Assembly (NCBI GenBank): GCA_013265495.1
Contig: MU057989.1
Location: 310,001-374,000, forward strand
Source: Vicugna vicugna
Taxonomy: Eukaryota
DNA length: 64,000 nucleotides
Reading direction: 5' to 3'
Shown: piece by piece, positions 35,418 to 48,743 of the stretch
Numbering within the stretch: the first letter of the stretch is position 1
Layout: each line of letters starts with the position of its first letter
Notes under the pieces: model-generated
Database searches by the model: none
What the model saw: the letters and a program-made list of their open reading frames with translations, nothing else
What the model was told of the DNA's origin: nothing
Translations under genes and position numbers: made by a program

Positions 35418-38361
35418 CTAGAGAATCAAGGGTCTAAATATTGATGCAAACAGTTCTTACGTGGGATCTGACTGGAGGGCTCGCTTGGCATAGGGCCAGA
35501 CAACGGGGCCAACAGGAACTTATCCTGTGATGGCCCACCCAGAAGGCAGCCTGGTAGGGTCAGGAAATAGGCTATGTACAGAGGGCTGAACAAATAAGTT
35601 AATATATTGAGGCTAATGGGAGCCAGATTTCTCACTGGTAGAGCTGGAGACAGAGAAAGCTTTAGAAAATCCTATGATGTTGCATTACAATTGGAGGTAT
35701 TAGTGATGTAATCTGATTACTTGGTAAATTGTTACTGGTAAAGATGGTTGGTGGTAGTGACTTTATAAAAGCAGTTCTTGTAATGGCATATTTGCCTGCC
35801 TGCAATTAGCAGTTCCCAGTTCTATCATTTTTCTATATTTCTTGACTGCCATTATTCTGTAAAGAAGACCTTTTCCCCATGAATATGTGATGAATTTAAG
35901 ATTATTTTATTTTATTTATTTTTTGATGCCCAAACCAAGGAATGAACCAAAGGTCATTTTAAAAAGACAAGGTAAATGCTAAATTCGTTCTCTTAATTAT
36001 TAACTGTCACCTTCAGTTATGGCAAGTTACCTTAAATTTTTCTCTCTCTTAAAAACAGTATTACTATTGATTCACAGATTTTAATATATTTAGTATTTTT
36101 ATAATCACTTAGAGTTATTATTCTTTTTGTTGCTCAGATTATTCCAAATTTGACTGGTGGGAGAGCCCTTTCAAGCTGACATCTTTGTTCTTTTTAAACA
36201 ATCTGTTTATTTACAAATCTTTATTTTGAAAAATTTCAAGCATGATAAACAGTTGAAAGAATAGTACATCAAACACGATATATGGATATGATGATCCATT
36301 AGAAAGTCATTTATAGTTTATATATGCCCACATTGGACTTCGAGAATTTCCTTATTTTTCTGGCACACACGTAATGTCCTAGACTCACCTTGTCTTTTTT
36401 CTGCCTAGACATGGATTCAGCCCTTTCTCTAAGGAACCCTATTTCCTTTTAGTAGAGATTGGTATTTAGAAACCAAGTCCTGGGTGATAGGGGTCCTCAA
36501 TGATACTGGGTTGTCATTGATTACAGTTTTTGTATTTTGTTTTTAATTAAGCTTAACTTTTAAAATAGCTTACTGATTTATTCTTGTGTCTTAAGTGTTT
36601 CTTCTACAATCTTTTGCTCAACTCAGGTAAGCTGATGGAGTGACTCTAGGGGGTTATAGTAACTAGATTTTTTTGTTCCGGGGCATTCCTTCCCATTTTG
36701 ATTTTTTTGGATCTGTTTGGGAAACTCCTCTCTTCCTCCATTTAGTCTTGGTGATAAAGAGCATCATTGGATTCCCATATGTAATTGACTGGGTTTATGA
36801 CCCAGGATGACCCTAATATTCCACTTTCCCATCAGGAATGGTTGATTCTCATTTGTGTATATGATCCAAGAAGGAATAATCACAGCCTTGCTTTACAACA
36901 GAGGCAATAAACACTGGCAGAGAGAAGTTCCATGTGCCCTGTGATTGCTAGCCTGGGAGGGTGTGATTTCGGAACTACTGGTGGCCAATTTGCCTGCCAC
37001 ATAAAAGAGAGACAGAGACAGTCTGTAGAATGAAGTTGAACAGAAGCAAACAGAGTAGAGAGATAGAAATACTGATCTTGATGTCATTATTTAGGTACCT
37101 GAATGTAGCCCTGCCTGAAACACACAAGCTTTGCAAGAAGAACTTTGGACAGTGCAATTACATCAACCAATAGATTCCATTTCTCCTTAAGCTGACATGA
37201 GTTGATTTCCTGTCACTTGAAAACAATGGCTTTACTAATCCAGCCACTATTCTCCCCCTCCTTCCCAGACCTTTGATAATTAATTTTGTGTATGGGGAGT
37301 TTGGCCTATTTTTGGAGATGGAATGGACAGAATTTGATGTCATAACATGTGTCTGATGGAGACATGAGGGCTTATTATAGCCCTGAGATTCTTATTTTGA
37401 GTTACTGGGAGCAGATTAATGATATTTATTAAGATGCTATAGTCAGCATAAGGAATATATTGTTTATAAATAACCCAGAGTAGAAGATTGATTAGAGGAA
37501 CACTCTGATTTCCAGAGGACGGTTTTGTAAAAGAATCCACCTGCCACTTCTGACCCAGGTTTACGGTTTTTGTGAGTAGCTCTTTAATATTATCAACTCA
37601 GGAAAGTAAACCTTGTAATGCATAAGATCAAAAGCTTTATGGGCACCTTAATGCCAGGTCTTTTCTTCAGAACTGCTAAAGTGATATATACTGGACTCAA
37701 GAATTTTCTGTTCCTCATTGACATCTACGTCCTACCAGTTTATAGATGAACTCAGCAATGGCTCCTATTTTTACCTTATTTACTCCCAAATTAAAATATA
37801 GGGTGAAAGACTGTCAACTGACTCCTTATAAAAATGATTATTACATATGAAGATAAACATGTGACATTACTTCCAAATGATATTTATGCAGATCACAGAT
37901 GATTGAGCAGAGAGCAAAGGATATAAATATCACCTAATACTTTTAATCTCCACCTAGTGCACATGGCCCCAGCCTAGTGCATTGATGAGGTGAGGGGTCA
38001 TGAGGTATTTAACATAAACTACCTCATTTAATCAGCACAACTCTACAAGGTTATTTCTCCTCTCTACAGATGGTGAAATTTTGTAATTCTGTGAAGACTG
38101 GTAGCTTTCTTAGGGTCATACAACTGATAATGTGGGTCTGAGAATTCAGTACAGATCTGTGTGAACCCAAAGTTTATTCTCTTAATCCCTATCCAGTGTC
38201 ATGTATATGTACCAACAAGGACACTATCCCAACTTGGGTGGGGGATAAAATATAGAATTGTGAGTTTTCTCTAGCAGAAGTGTTGTTGCTAATAATTACC
38301 CCCAAGATTGCATCATTTCCAATGTTGCCAAGTCCTGAAGCAGCAATTACATGACCCCGTT

Positions 38362-38737
38362 TTTTTTTTTAACATTTTTTAAATTGAGTTATAGTCATCT
38401 TACAATGTTGTGTCAAATTCCAGTGTAGAGCACAATTTTTCAGTTATACGTGAACATACATATATTCATTGTCACATTTTTTTCGCTGTGAGCTACCACA
38501 GATCTTGTATATATTTCCCCGTGCTATACAGTAAAATCTTGTTTATCTATTCCATGTTTTGAAATCCCAATCTGTCCCTTCCCACCCCCTGCCCCCTTGG
38601 AAACCACAAGTTTGTATTCTATGTCTCTGAGTCTGTTTCTGTTTTGTATTTATGTTCCTTTTTTTTTTTTTAGATTCCACATATGAGCGATCTCATATGG
38701 TATTTTTCTTTCTCTTTCTGGCTTACTTCACTTAGAA
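38362..38737 (-). mobile_element. Young LINE-1 3' end insertion
   Basis: PolyT start; reverse of the 3' end seen at 23195-23290; TSD tacatgacccYgtt at 38348-38361 and 38738-38751. Confidence 0.88.
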
Positions 38738-38814
38738 TACATGACCCTGTTGACAGGCCTTTGTTGTCAGTGTTGGATCCAAAAAAGCCCATGGAGGAGA
38801 AGGAACAATTACTC

Positions 38815-39022
38815 TTTGCTTGCCTCTAATGAGGCTCTGAGGGAATATGGCCCCCGTGGCCATTGAGGCTCCTGTGAAGAGCTGGCCCTGTGATACCCCC
38901 AAACACCCTTCCTGACACCATTGGCAGGGCTGAGTCTGTGCACTCTTTCTTGTTCATTCAGACTTATCTTGAAACCCCTATTACTTCTCTCCCTTAGAGT
39001 AATAATCTCTGGCCAGGTCAAG
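38815..39022 (+). promoter_or_regulatory. Putative promoter/non-coding exon of OR copy 1 (HD + O/E cassette)
   Basis: TAATGA 38827-38832, 4-nt spacer, CTGAGGGA 38837-38844; alignable with 48495-48743 and 57335-57587. Confidence 0.55.
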
Positions 39023-39677
39023 TAAAAGGAAGCAAGCCTGGGAATTCTGGTGACTGTGAAGACTATCATTCTTCCTGGGTGAGAGATCATCAATATACGC
39101 TTGTTAAGGTGTAAATCTTTAAGGGGGTGCTCCTCACCACATCGCCCTTTGGAGTGGAGTCACAGAAACAGTTGAGATCAACAGCAGTTCCTTGCATTCA
39201 CCCCCATCAGGACCAGTATATGTGATCTGTTTATGAGACCTTGAACTGTAGGAGAAACAAATTGGCTGAGTTTCTGCCTATACCTCTGGGTCATTTCCAT
39301 TTTAATTTTACAAGTTAGTCTTAGGGAGCTCAGCAGACATAACCAAGAAAGGCTGGCTCAAAGCTCTGTAAAGTGCTCCAAAATGTGAGTCCAGGAAATA
39401 GCGGCAGTGATACTGTCATTACCACCCTGGGAGCAGTTTTTGATTGATATCCTCAGAGCAGACGTGTTAGGAATGCATAACATGCCCATATAAGAGACGA
39501 CGGAACTAAAAAAATGTTCTCTAAGTTAACAGCACTAATGATACAATGACATCAGTACCCTATGTTAGGCTGTATGCTTACTACAACTCAGCCTCTGTGG
39601 TGAATATTTACACATGTGTTCTCCAGTATGTATTATAAATAATAAGTCTCTGTTAATATTTCTGTATGCGTAGTGGG

Positions 39678-39805
39678 TTTTTTTTTTGGAGGGGGGTGAG
39701 GAAGGTAATTAGGTTTATTTACTTACTTTTTTATGAGGAGGTACTGGGGACTGAACCTGGGAGCATGCTAAGCATGTGCTCTACCACTTTGAGCTAGACC
39801 CTCCC
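39678..39805 (-). mobile_element. tRNA-derived SINE
   Basis: ggtaattaggtttattt ... gaggtactgggga ... ctctaccac..gagctagaccctccc. Confidence 0.8.
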
Positions 39806-40074
39806 ACCCATGTGTGTTGTTTTTGATACTAACTAAAAAATACATGGTTATGGTAGAAAGTTTAATCATATAAAGGATTTACAGACAAAACCACCGTCAC
39901 AGTCTCTCAGTGTACTTCTGGAGGGACTGCATATGCGTAATCAAATGCCCCTCATTTTGCTGATAAAGGAATGGAGGCCAAAGAGGACCAAATGTTGACC
40001 AAAACACACAGGGAGAAAAGTTCTGATGCCCCGCCTATGTTACACAGCCTTTCTCCTTGCGATAGTCCTCTTTC

Positions 40075-41185
40075 TTCTTTTTTAATTGAAGTATAGTTGA
40101 TTTACAATGTTGTGTTAGTTTCTGGTGTACAGCAAAGTGATTCAGTTATACATATATATATATTTTTCATATTCTTTATCATTATAGGTTATTACAAGAG
40201 ATTGACTATAGTTCCCTGTGCTGAACAGTGGTCCCTTGGTGTTTTTCTATTTTATATATAATAGTATATATCTGCAAATCCCAGAATCCTAATTTATCTC
40301 TCCCAGTTCCTGCCAGTTACCATAAGTTTGTTTTCTACATCTATGAGTCTGTTTCTGTTTTGTAAATAAGTTCATTTGTGTCATTTTTAAGAATCCATAG
40401 ATAAGTGATACCATATGATATTTGTTTTTCTCTGTCTGACTTAACTTTATATGAAATCTCTAGGTCCATTCATGTTGCTGCAAATAGCATTATTTTATTC
40501 TTTTTTATGGTTGAGTAGTATTCCATCGTATATATATATACCACATCTTCTTTATCTAATCATCTGTTGATGGACATTTAGGTTACTTTCATGTCTTGGT
40601 TATTGTAAATAGTGCTGCCATAAACATTAGGGTGCATTTATCTTTTCAAATTAGAGTTTTCTTCAGATATATGCCCAGGAATAAGATCACTAGATCATAG
40701 GGTAAGTGAATTTTTAGTTTTTTAAGGAATCTCTATACTGTTTTCCATAGTGGCTGCACCAAATTACAGTCCCACAAGAAAGGGTAGGAGGTTCCCTTTT
40801 CTCCTCCACCCTCTCCAGTATTTATTCTTTGTGGACTTTTTAATAATGGCTGTTCTGACTGGTGTGAAGCGATACTTCATTGTAGTTTTTTTTTCTTTCT
40901 GTTTTTTTAAATTGAAGTATAGTCAGTTTACAATGTTAATTTCTGGTATACAGCATACTGATTCAGTTATATATATATTGCTTTTCATATTTTTTTCATT
41001 ATAGGCTACTACGAGGTATTGAATATAGCTCCCTGTGCTATACTCATTGTGGTTTTGATCTACATTTCTCTGATAATTAGCGGTATAGAGTGTCTCTTCT
41101 TGTGTCTCCTGGCCATCTGTATGTCTTCACTGGGGAAATGTCTGTTAGATCTTCTGCACTTTTTGGATTGGGTTGTTTCCCTGTT
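40075..41185 (-). mobile_element. LINE-1 3' fragment with a nested second L1 3' end (about 40890-41043)
   Basis: Reverse L1 3' UTR/ORF2 end; the nested piece is flanked by tcattgtagtttt (40877-40889) and tcattgtggtttt (41044-41056). Confidence 0.88.
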
Positions 41186-41274
41186 ATTTTCTTATTGCCC
41201 CATTTTAACCATTATTTTCCAGGCTTTTGAATTTTTCCTGCTTTGTCTGCCTCTGGGCCCAAGCTCCCAGCCCC

Positions 41275-42231
41275 ATGAGAGGGGCAAACCAGTCGAGTGT
41301 CTCTGAGTTCCTCCTCCTGGGGCTCTCCAGGCAGCCCCAGCAGCAGCAGCTCCTCTTCATGCTCTTCCTGGGCATGTACTTGGCCACGGTCCTGGGAAAC
41401 CTGCTCATCCTCCTGGCCATCAGCATGGACTCCCGCCTGCACATCCCCATGTACTTCTTTATCAGCAATCTGTCCTTCGTGGACATCTGCTTCTCCTCCA
41501 CCATTGTCCCCAAGATGCTGGCCAACCACATGCTCGGGAGCCAGACCATCTCCTTCTCTGCGTGTCTCACGCAGATGTATTTTGTTTTCATGTTTGTGGA
41601 CATGGACAATTTCCTCCTGGCTGTGATGGCCTATGACCGCTTTGTCGCTGTATGCCACCCCTTACACTACTCAGCAAAGATGACACACCAGCTCTGTGCT
41701 CTGCTGGTCACTGGGTCGTGGGTCATTGCCAACCTGAATGTCTTGTTGCACACCCTGCTGATGGCTCGACTCTCGTTCTGTGCAGACAACACCATTCCCC
41801 ACTTCTTCTGTGATGTGACCTCCCTCCTGAAACTCTCCTGCTCTGACACATATCTCAATGAGATGATGATTCTATCTGAAGCAGGGCTGATAACGATCGC
41901 TCCATTTATTTGCATTCTGGTATCTTACATCCTTATCACCTGTACTGTCCTGAGAGTCCCATCCACAAAGGGAAGATGGAAAGCCTTCTCCACCTGTGGC
42001 TCCCACCTGGCTGTGGTTTCCCTCTTCTATGGCACCATCATTGGTGTTTATTTCAACCCTTTGTCCTCACACTCGTCTGAGAAGGACACCGCAGCTACCG
42101 TGATGTACACAGTGGTGACTCCCATGCTGAACCCTTTCATCTACAGCCTGAGGAACAGAGATATGATAAGGGCTCTTGGAAAAGTGGTTGGCAGAAAGAT
42201 ATTTTCTGTCCAATTAGAGAATCAAAACTGA
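41275..42231 (+). CDS. OR1F1: Olfactory receptor, family 1 subfamily F, 318 aa, intact (probable OR1F1 orthologue)
   Basis: Single-exon 7TM ORF from ATG 41275 (MRGANQSS) with GN, LHxPMYFF, MAYDRFVAVCHPLHY, KAFSTCGSHL, PMLNPFIYSLRN; closely resembles recalled human OR1F1, including the VVGR..FSV tail. Confidence 0.93.
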   Translation: MRGANQSSVSEFLLLGLSRQPQQQQLLFMLFLGMYLATVLGNLLILLAISMDSRLHIPMYFFISNLSFVDICFSSTIVPKMLANHMLGSQTISFSACLTQMYFVFMFVDMDNFLLAVMAYDRFVAVCHPLHYSAKMTHQLCALLVTGSWVIANLNVLLHTLLMARLSFCADNTIPHFFCDVTSLLKLSCSDTYLNEMMILSEAGLITIAPFICILVSYILITCTVLRVPSTKGRWKAFSTCGSHLAVVSLFYGTIIGVYFNPLSSHSSEKDTAATVMYTVVTPMLNPFIYSLRNRDMIRALGKVVGRKIFSVQLENQN

Positions 42232-44535
42232 GTCTTATCCCCACACAAATTTTTTTTTATCAATTGAACTGTTTTGTCAAAGACAAAACATATTTATGTC
42301 TGTGCTAGGGCCACCTAGAAGGCAATCATTTTTTTTTGTGTGTGGACCTAATTCACCTGTAATCCTGTTGCATCTACCAAGTAGAAGTCTCACAGTCTCA
42401 TAGACTTCTTTTTAATGAGTAAATTCTGAATTATTTTACACCCAAGTCCAGCTTTTCCTTTTTAAGTGGTATGTTTGGAAGAATACATGCTCCACATATT
42501 TTTTAACATTAAAAATCACCTGGAAGCTATGATCCATGATGTCCAGGTCTCAACACTGATCAAATAGATCAGAATCTCTGGAGGGGGGGCCCCGACACTG
42601 AGGTTTTAAAAGTCTCACTTCTAATGTGTGTGTGGAGAATCACAGGTAGATCTCATCTTGTATGTTCTCTGTCATGGTCAGTCATAAAGTCTGGGTCACA
42701 AAAATGCTCACGAAATTAGTTTTGAGACTCAGATAAAAGAACAGTAAAATATGAGGACTAAAGTGGATAGCAATATTTCAGGTGAGAATTAGAGGCCCAG
42801 GTGGACAAGTGGCCCGGAGCATAAGAGGGGATGCAGCGAAGAATGGTGTTGGGGTGGGGGCACTCTCTGTGAGCATCCTGATTGGCTGTTGGATCTTAGG
42901 GGATAAGGTCAGCTGGACCATCTTCAATACCAGGGAAACAAATCCTTCTTCCAGGATCAACTTCCCCTGAGTCCTACTCTGGTTAGCAACCCCCTCCCAC
43001 ACCTTCAAATGCCAAGTCAAATGCCTTCTCCTCCACGCGGCCTCCTGATTCTCTCTTCTGCTTCTCCAGCTCCATGTTTTCTTTGGTTTAGTCTTCCTCT
43101 GCACAAGGAATTTCCACAGATTATGAGACCCTCCATACCCAAGTTCATATACTATTCACCTTGTACCCCAGTGTCTGGCACTGCTCCTAGACCAAAGGCA
43201 ATACTCAAATCTAGCTGAAAGGGAAAATTAATGGATTAATGAATATTGCCTTAGTTTTTAATTTGGATAGTCTTACTTGAGAAGGAATTTTTAAAATTTC
43301 CCCATTAAAAACAATATTTTTTTGTTTTTGATAGGTAATACCTACATTTTCATAACATATTTTTAGAGATTTAAAGAGAGTATATTTGATAAACCCATTT
43401 GAAATATATTTTTGTGAATGGCAAAAAACCACTATGGAGCATCAAAAATCATAAAGAAGAAAATTAAAATAGCCTGTACATTTGCTGCTCCAAGATAACC
43501 ACATTACTATACTTAACGAATATAGTTTTTGAAAAGTTGGCTGCAATATTTCCGTATAATTTGGTGTTCCAATTTTCCACCTCCTTCTTCCCATGTCAGT
43601 AAAGGTCTTAGAAATGCGATTTTAATGGTTGCATAATATTTAACCCATTCATGGATACAATATAATTTATCCATTCCCTGACTCTGAACAATTTCAAGGG
43701 TTTCTGTGCTGTAAATAGCACTGCTTCATGCTTCCTGGTATATAGATCTTTGTGTTCCTTAATGTCACAGGTAGAACACATGACCCATTTTCCATCAGTC
43801 CTGTATTTCTTCATTATTTCTGCCTCACTCCACCTGTTAATACTAACAAGGGGTCCAGTACCTCTCTCTTGGTGTCAAAGCATCCCAAAAACTCATTCAA
43901 AGGAGTCAGCCTGTCCTGCCAGGTGGAGAGAGAGAACCGGACCCGCCCAGTGGCACGATTGTGTGAGTTGCTAGCACCCAGTGTAGCTTGGGAACCCTGG
44001 TCTGTCTGCTGCAACACTGACGCTCACATCCCTTTGGGGTCCACATTGGGATCCACCTGTGGCATCAGGTCGCAGCTCTCTGAGATCAAATTTACTTTAT
44101 CCTCCATTAAAATCTGACTCTGCGTCATGGTGGCGACATTCACAAGGACTCCCAGCTCCACTGTGTCAAACCAACTCTGCCCATGAACACCCAGCTCAGA
44201 TTTATCCTTCCTCATTTGAGGGTCCTGCTGGATTCTTGGGGTCTTTTTTTATGTGGAAAGGACTTCAATCAGGTTTCTTCTATGTCATAGCTGTATCTGT
44301 GAAATAAAATTCAAATAAATATATATGACAATTATAGTATTTGGATACTTAATGTTTTTATTTATTGATTGATCTGTAAAGTAATTAATGTTTCAACTAT
44401 TTTCTTTATATGCTAATAGCTTTTAACTTTTGACTTGATGTGGCGTTATGGAAGGCATAGAGGTTTGTGGATGTTATATATTCATATGGATTGTATCTGT
44501 TAGTAACAGAAAGATCTTTTTCCTCTTTAAGCATA

Positions 44536-44659
44536 TTTGGGGGTCAGGAGGCAATTAGGCTTATTTTCATTTATTTACTTAACAGAGGTACCAAGGATGG
44601 AACCGAGGACCTCACGCATGCTAAGCACACGCTATACCACCGAGCTATGCCCTTCCCCC
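44536..44659 (-). mobile_element. tRNA-derived SINE
   Basis: gcaattaggcttattt...gaaccgaggacctcacgcatgctaagcacacgctataccaccgagctatgccc. Confidence 0.8.
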
Positions 44660-45308
44660 TACTTCAGTGAAGTGATATTCATATTAATATCACTACCTCT
44701 GCTTCCTTTTGACTTATGTTGGCTCATTCTCTCAGACTTTCTAAAAGAGTTGACTTGGATGAAGGATTCTTTTCCTGTGTGTAAGTATCTTTTTTTTTTT
44801 AAAGCTTCTAGTACCTGAGGAAAAAAATAAGAGTATAATTCTATACTAGAAAGAAGAGTCAACAGTGAATGGCTCCAACTCCCATTCACTGTTAAAAACA
44901 AAACTTTATGAGTACAGAATTCATACATGTTTTGTAAAAGAGACAATTCTCCACGTGTCTCTTGCTTTTCTGCACATTTTGTGAGCAGAGACATTCACTG
45001 CTTTCATTCTAGACTACTTTTTCAACGATGTTGGTATAATGAGCATTGAAAGGTAAAAATGGTGTGTCTTTCCAGAGCAAAGGCCAGATTTTTCCCTATC
45101 TAGTATGGTAAATATAATGTATTCTTCTGGGACAAAGTTCAGGCAGGCTTATTTTCAATGACAAAAGATTTGATTTCCTAAGCTTGGGGATTCTCTCCTC
45201 TTTCATTCCTATTGTGTATACAGGTGATGTGTGGCCTTACTCACATCATTCTGCACATCAGTAAAGTAAGTGCTGATGCACTGGCTCCTACTATTGCTAT
45301 GAGTAATA

Positions 45309-45821
45309 CAAGCATACCTCCTTTTATCGTGCTTAACTTTACTGTGATTCACCGCTATCGCTATCGTGTTTTTTACAAATTGAAGATTTGTGGCAACCCT
45401 GTGTCAAGCAAGTCTCTTGGTGCAGTTTTCCCACCAGCATTTGCTCACTTTGTATCTCTGTGTCTCATTTTGGTAATTCTTGCAAAATCTCAAATGTTAA
45501 AATTATTATTAATTATTATATTTTTACAATGATCTGTGATCAGTAATCTTTAATGTTACTGTTGCAAAATGTTGCTATGACTGAAGGCTCAGATGATGGC
45601 TAGCACTTTTTAGCAATGAAGTGTTTTTAAAATAAGGTGTGTACGTTGCTATTTAGACATGATACTACTGCACAGTTAACAGGCTACTATTACTGTACAG
45701 TGTAAACATAACCTTTATATGCACTGGGAAACCAAAAAATTCATGTGACGCTCTTTATTTCAATATTTGCTTTATTTCATTGGTCTGGAACTGAACCCAC
45801 AATATCTATGAGTTATGCCTT
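45309..45821 (+). mobile_element. Tigger1 internal-deletion derivative
   Basis: TA then caagcatacctc at the left end; gagttatgcct at the right end (TIRs); internal ttttttacaaattgaagatttgtggcaaccctg. Confidence 0.85.
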
Positions 45822-46274
45822 AAACTCCTTTGTCTCTGATGCAAGATTCTTGTGTCTTCTGCCACAACCCATGAAACTAGCAGACTAGATTGTTAACTTA
45901 CATGCAGGGTAAAATCTCAGACTCTGCACATTTCAACACTACTTATTGAAGAAACTTTTTGGAAAATGCAGAAGGTTATCAAGGAGAACGAAAAATATCT
46001 AAAATCCCTGCATTCTGAATATTTTTCCTTTTCACTTTTTCATTTAAATTTAAAGATACTGTGACAAGAATAAGAACAGGTAAGCTATGCTGGCTGACCG
46101 AAACACGCATGCTTAACCACTAGGCTGGATTGGATTCACCATGTTATAAAACACACGTTGTAAACTGCACTTGGTGCTTTCTTTAAAAAATAATTTTACA
46201 ACATATAATGGATACTATATAGTTATTTACTTAATTTCTCCATCTCATTGGCATTGTTTACCAATAAGTTCTTA

Positions 46275-46755
46275 TGATGGAATAAATTATGCATCTCAGT
46301 CTTTCACTCCCTAGTAATACAATTACATGTCCGTGTCCATTCCATGGCCTCATGGCAGATGGAGTGCTTTTTTCCTGATCCTTCGCTTGGGTTTTGGCCA
46401 CATGGATTGCTTTGGCCAATGAGATGTCAGTGCACGTGACCTAAGGAGAGTCTTCAAACGGGCTTGCACAGTTGGGTTTCCCCTCCTGCACTCCGTTGTT
46501 ACACCAGGAGAACGTCTTCTGGGTCACTGCTGCTTCTCTAGCCTGAGACCCAGGAGGACACAGGAAGAAAGGACATGAGCTCAACCCACAGCCTGGTGCC
46601 AAGCCCAACCCACACCCTGGTGCCAAGCACAGATAACTCCAAGCTGAAGCTCAGGTTGACCTTGAGACCAAGAATAGAAGCTTATTGCATTTCTAAGCTG
46701 TTGAGGTTGGGGAGTTTTGTCATGTACTATCACTGTGACAATACATGATTGATAT
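46275..46755 (+). mobile_element. MaLR LTR relic (MLT1-type)
   Basis: ttggccacatggattgctttggccaatgagatg ... gcttattg...taagctgttgaggttgggg. Confidence 0.6.
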
Positions 46756-47252
46756 ATATTTTTTGAAACTTAGCTTTTGGCTTCTGAGACACCACTTTCT
46801 TCTCATTCCCTGATTGTTTCCTGGTTCCTACCTCTACAGAGTGCATTTGCTGGCCTCTCTTTCCATCAACTCACTATATGTTACTATCCTCATGGGTCTT
46901 ATTCTTGGATTTTTCTTCTTTCTCATTTTATTCCCTTTCCCTGGACAATCACATCCACTCTTACAGCCTCAGATAAACTTATGTGCTGATAACTTTGAAC
47001 GATGTGAAACCAGCCCTTCACCTGAACTATTGGCCCAAATCATCTGACCCTTGGATTTCTCCATTCAGGTGTCCTATCATACAATATGTGACCTTTTGTG
47101 TCTGTCTTCTGTCACTTAGCATAATGATGCTGAGGTTCATTCATGTTGTAATATGTATCATGACTTCATGAAGCCTTTTTATGGCTGAATAATATTCCAT
47201 TGTGTAAACAGGCCTCAATTTACTTGTCCACTCATCCTTTGATGGACTCAAT

Positions 47253-47349
47253 ATTTTTCATTTATTTTTTAAGCGGAGGTACTGGGAATTGAACCCAGGA
47301 CCCCATGTATGCTAAGCACCCACTCTACCACTGAGCTATACCCTCCCCC
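47253..47349 (-). mobile_element. tRNA-derived SINE
   Basis: ggaggtactgggaattgaacccaggacc...ctctaccactgagctataccctcccc. Confidence 0.85.
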
Positions 47350-47473
47350 TACCCAGTGTTTTAATGAAATCCCTTTCTGCTAATATTAGCCATACTGGTT
47401 TTTTAAATTAATTAATTATTTTTTAAAAAGTAACTTTATCAAGTACCTTTTACCAGATACTCTTAATCTCACT

Positions 47474-47580
47474 TTAGGTTTATTCATTTATTTATTTGTT
47501 TTAATGCTGGTACTGGGGATTGAACCCTGGACCTCATGGACGTTAGGCATATTCTCTACCACTGAGCTATACCTGCCCCC
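47474..47580 (-). mobile_element. tRNA-derived SINE
   Basis: ttaggtttattcatttattt...tactggggattgaaccctggacc...ctctaccactgagctatacc. Confidence 0.85.
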
Positions 47581-48494
47581 TACATTTGTCTTTATTATTT
47601 GTAACAAGAACCTTGTGTGAAACTTTCTGGAATGTAACGAATCATCAGGTGAGGACTCAAACCCAGAATTAGAAAACCACGAGGATTTTCTCCAACAAAT
47701 CTCTTCTCTTCTCCCTGTGTTTGTTCCTTCAGCCCTTCTCTGCTCCTCAGTCCATGGGCTAGTTATGGGCAGGCAGAAGGGGGCTGGATTTACGTGTTCC
47801 AGCCAAGCCACGTAGTGGTATGGATTGCCTGTCCCTCAATGCCAGCTCCAAATACCCTGGTCCAACCAGCTATGGTGAAGTGGAGGGAATGTGGTATAAA
47901 CATGGTGCTGGGACTTCATGATCACTGCTGTGTGAATTAGCAGTTCCATTCAGAAAAAAGGTTAAACACTGTGAGCTGGACAGACATCCCCAAAGGTATC
48001 TGCCTTGGGGCCTGGAGTTTGTAAATTACAGTACACTGGGTTCTCCTGGAGACAGTTTCTCTTACAATCAGTCTTTCCTTTAACCAAGGTGTGATTATGG
48101 ATTAAGCTCAATTCTGTAACAGGCTCTTAACGTTCCAATTTACAAAATGGAGAAGATGAGACATCACTAATCTTCTCTAAATATAACCAAACATAAGAAA
48201 GCAAGAATTGCACAGAAAACACAGAAATAGCCCCAGGTCTGAACAAAGGAAGTGAGGAGAACAAGGACTTTATCACTGAATTTCACATCTGTGGGCACAG
48301 GCCCAGGTCAGCCAGGTCCCAGGTTTGAGGTCCCAGGGAACTTAGTCTGGAATCTATCTCCATAGTGCTGGCTTCATTCCTAACATCTTCAAGTTTTCAC
48401 CCGAGAGTTGTATCTAAACCTTAGACAATATTCCTTATCATAATTATTTTTGTATAAAGGGGCCAAAAAGTAAGCAAGGCAATTATTCTTTTCT

Positions 48495-48743
48495 TTCCTC
48501 TAATGAAGCTCTCAGGGAATCTGGTCCCAATGGTTGTGAAGGTCTTGTAAACAGCTGCTCTGTAATTGCCCCAAACATTTTTCCGGTACTGAAGACTAAG
48601 ACCATGAACCCCTACTCCTCACTTACTCAGTACCTTCCTGTGTTTCCAAGACATCCCAGTCCCTACGATGAACAGAAGCATTGACTAGTTATGCAGACGT
48701 GAAGAACACCTGGCAGCAATATCACCAACCTCCCTGGGTAAGA
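48495..48743 (+). promoter_or_regulatory. Putative promoter/non-coding exon of OR copy 2 (HD + O/E cassette)
   Basis: TAATGA 48501-48506, CTCAGGGA 48511-48518; candidate donor GTAAGA at 48738. Confidence 0.6.

Noticed and set aside
41227..41274. 16-aa N-terminal extension of OR copy 1 in the ORF track
   Set aside because: Starts at TTG within the intronic polypyrimidine tract; the paralogues start at MRGAN.
41205..41658. Antisense and alternate-frame ORFs over the OR genes (also 49164-49580, 58009-58450)
   Set aside because: Shadow ORFs of the GC-rich OR codon pattern, repeated only because the CDSs are near-identical.
43800..44240. Possible processed pseudogene (two collinear minus-strand ORFs)
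   Set aside because: No recognisable protein similarity and no clear TSD; would need BLASTX.
46582..46628. Two 24-bp tandem units caacccaca(g/c)cctggtgccaagc
   Set aside because: Small slippage duplication inside a decayed LTR.
47280..47580. tRNA-like heads (gagctatac, attgaacc) as additional tRNA genes
   Set aside because: They carry SINE tails and cannot form an acceptor stem; classed as SINEs.
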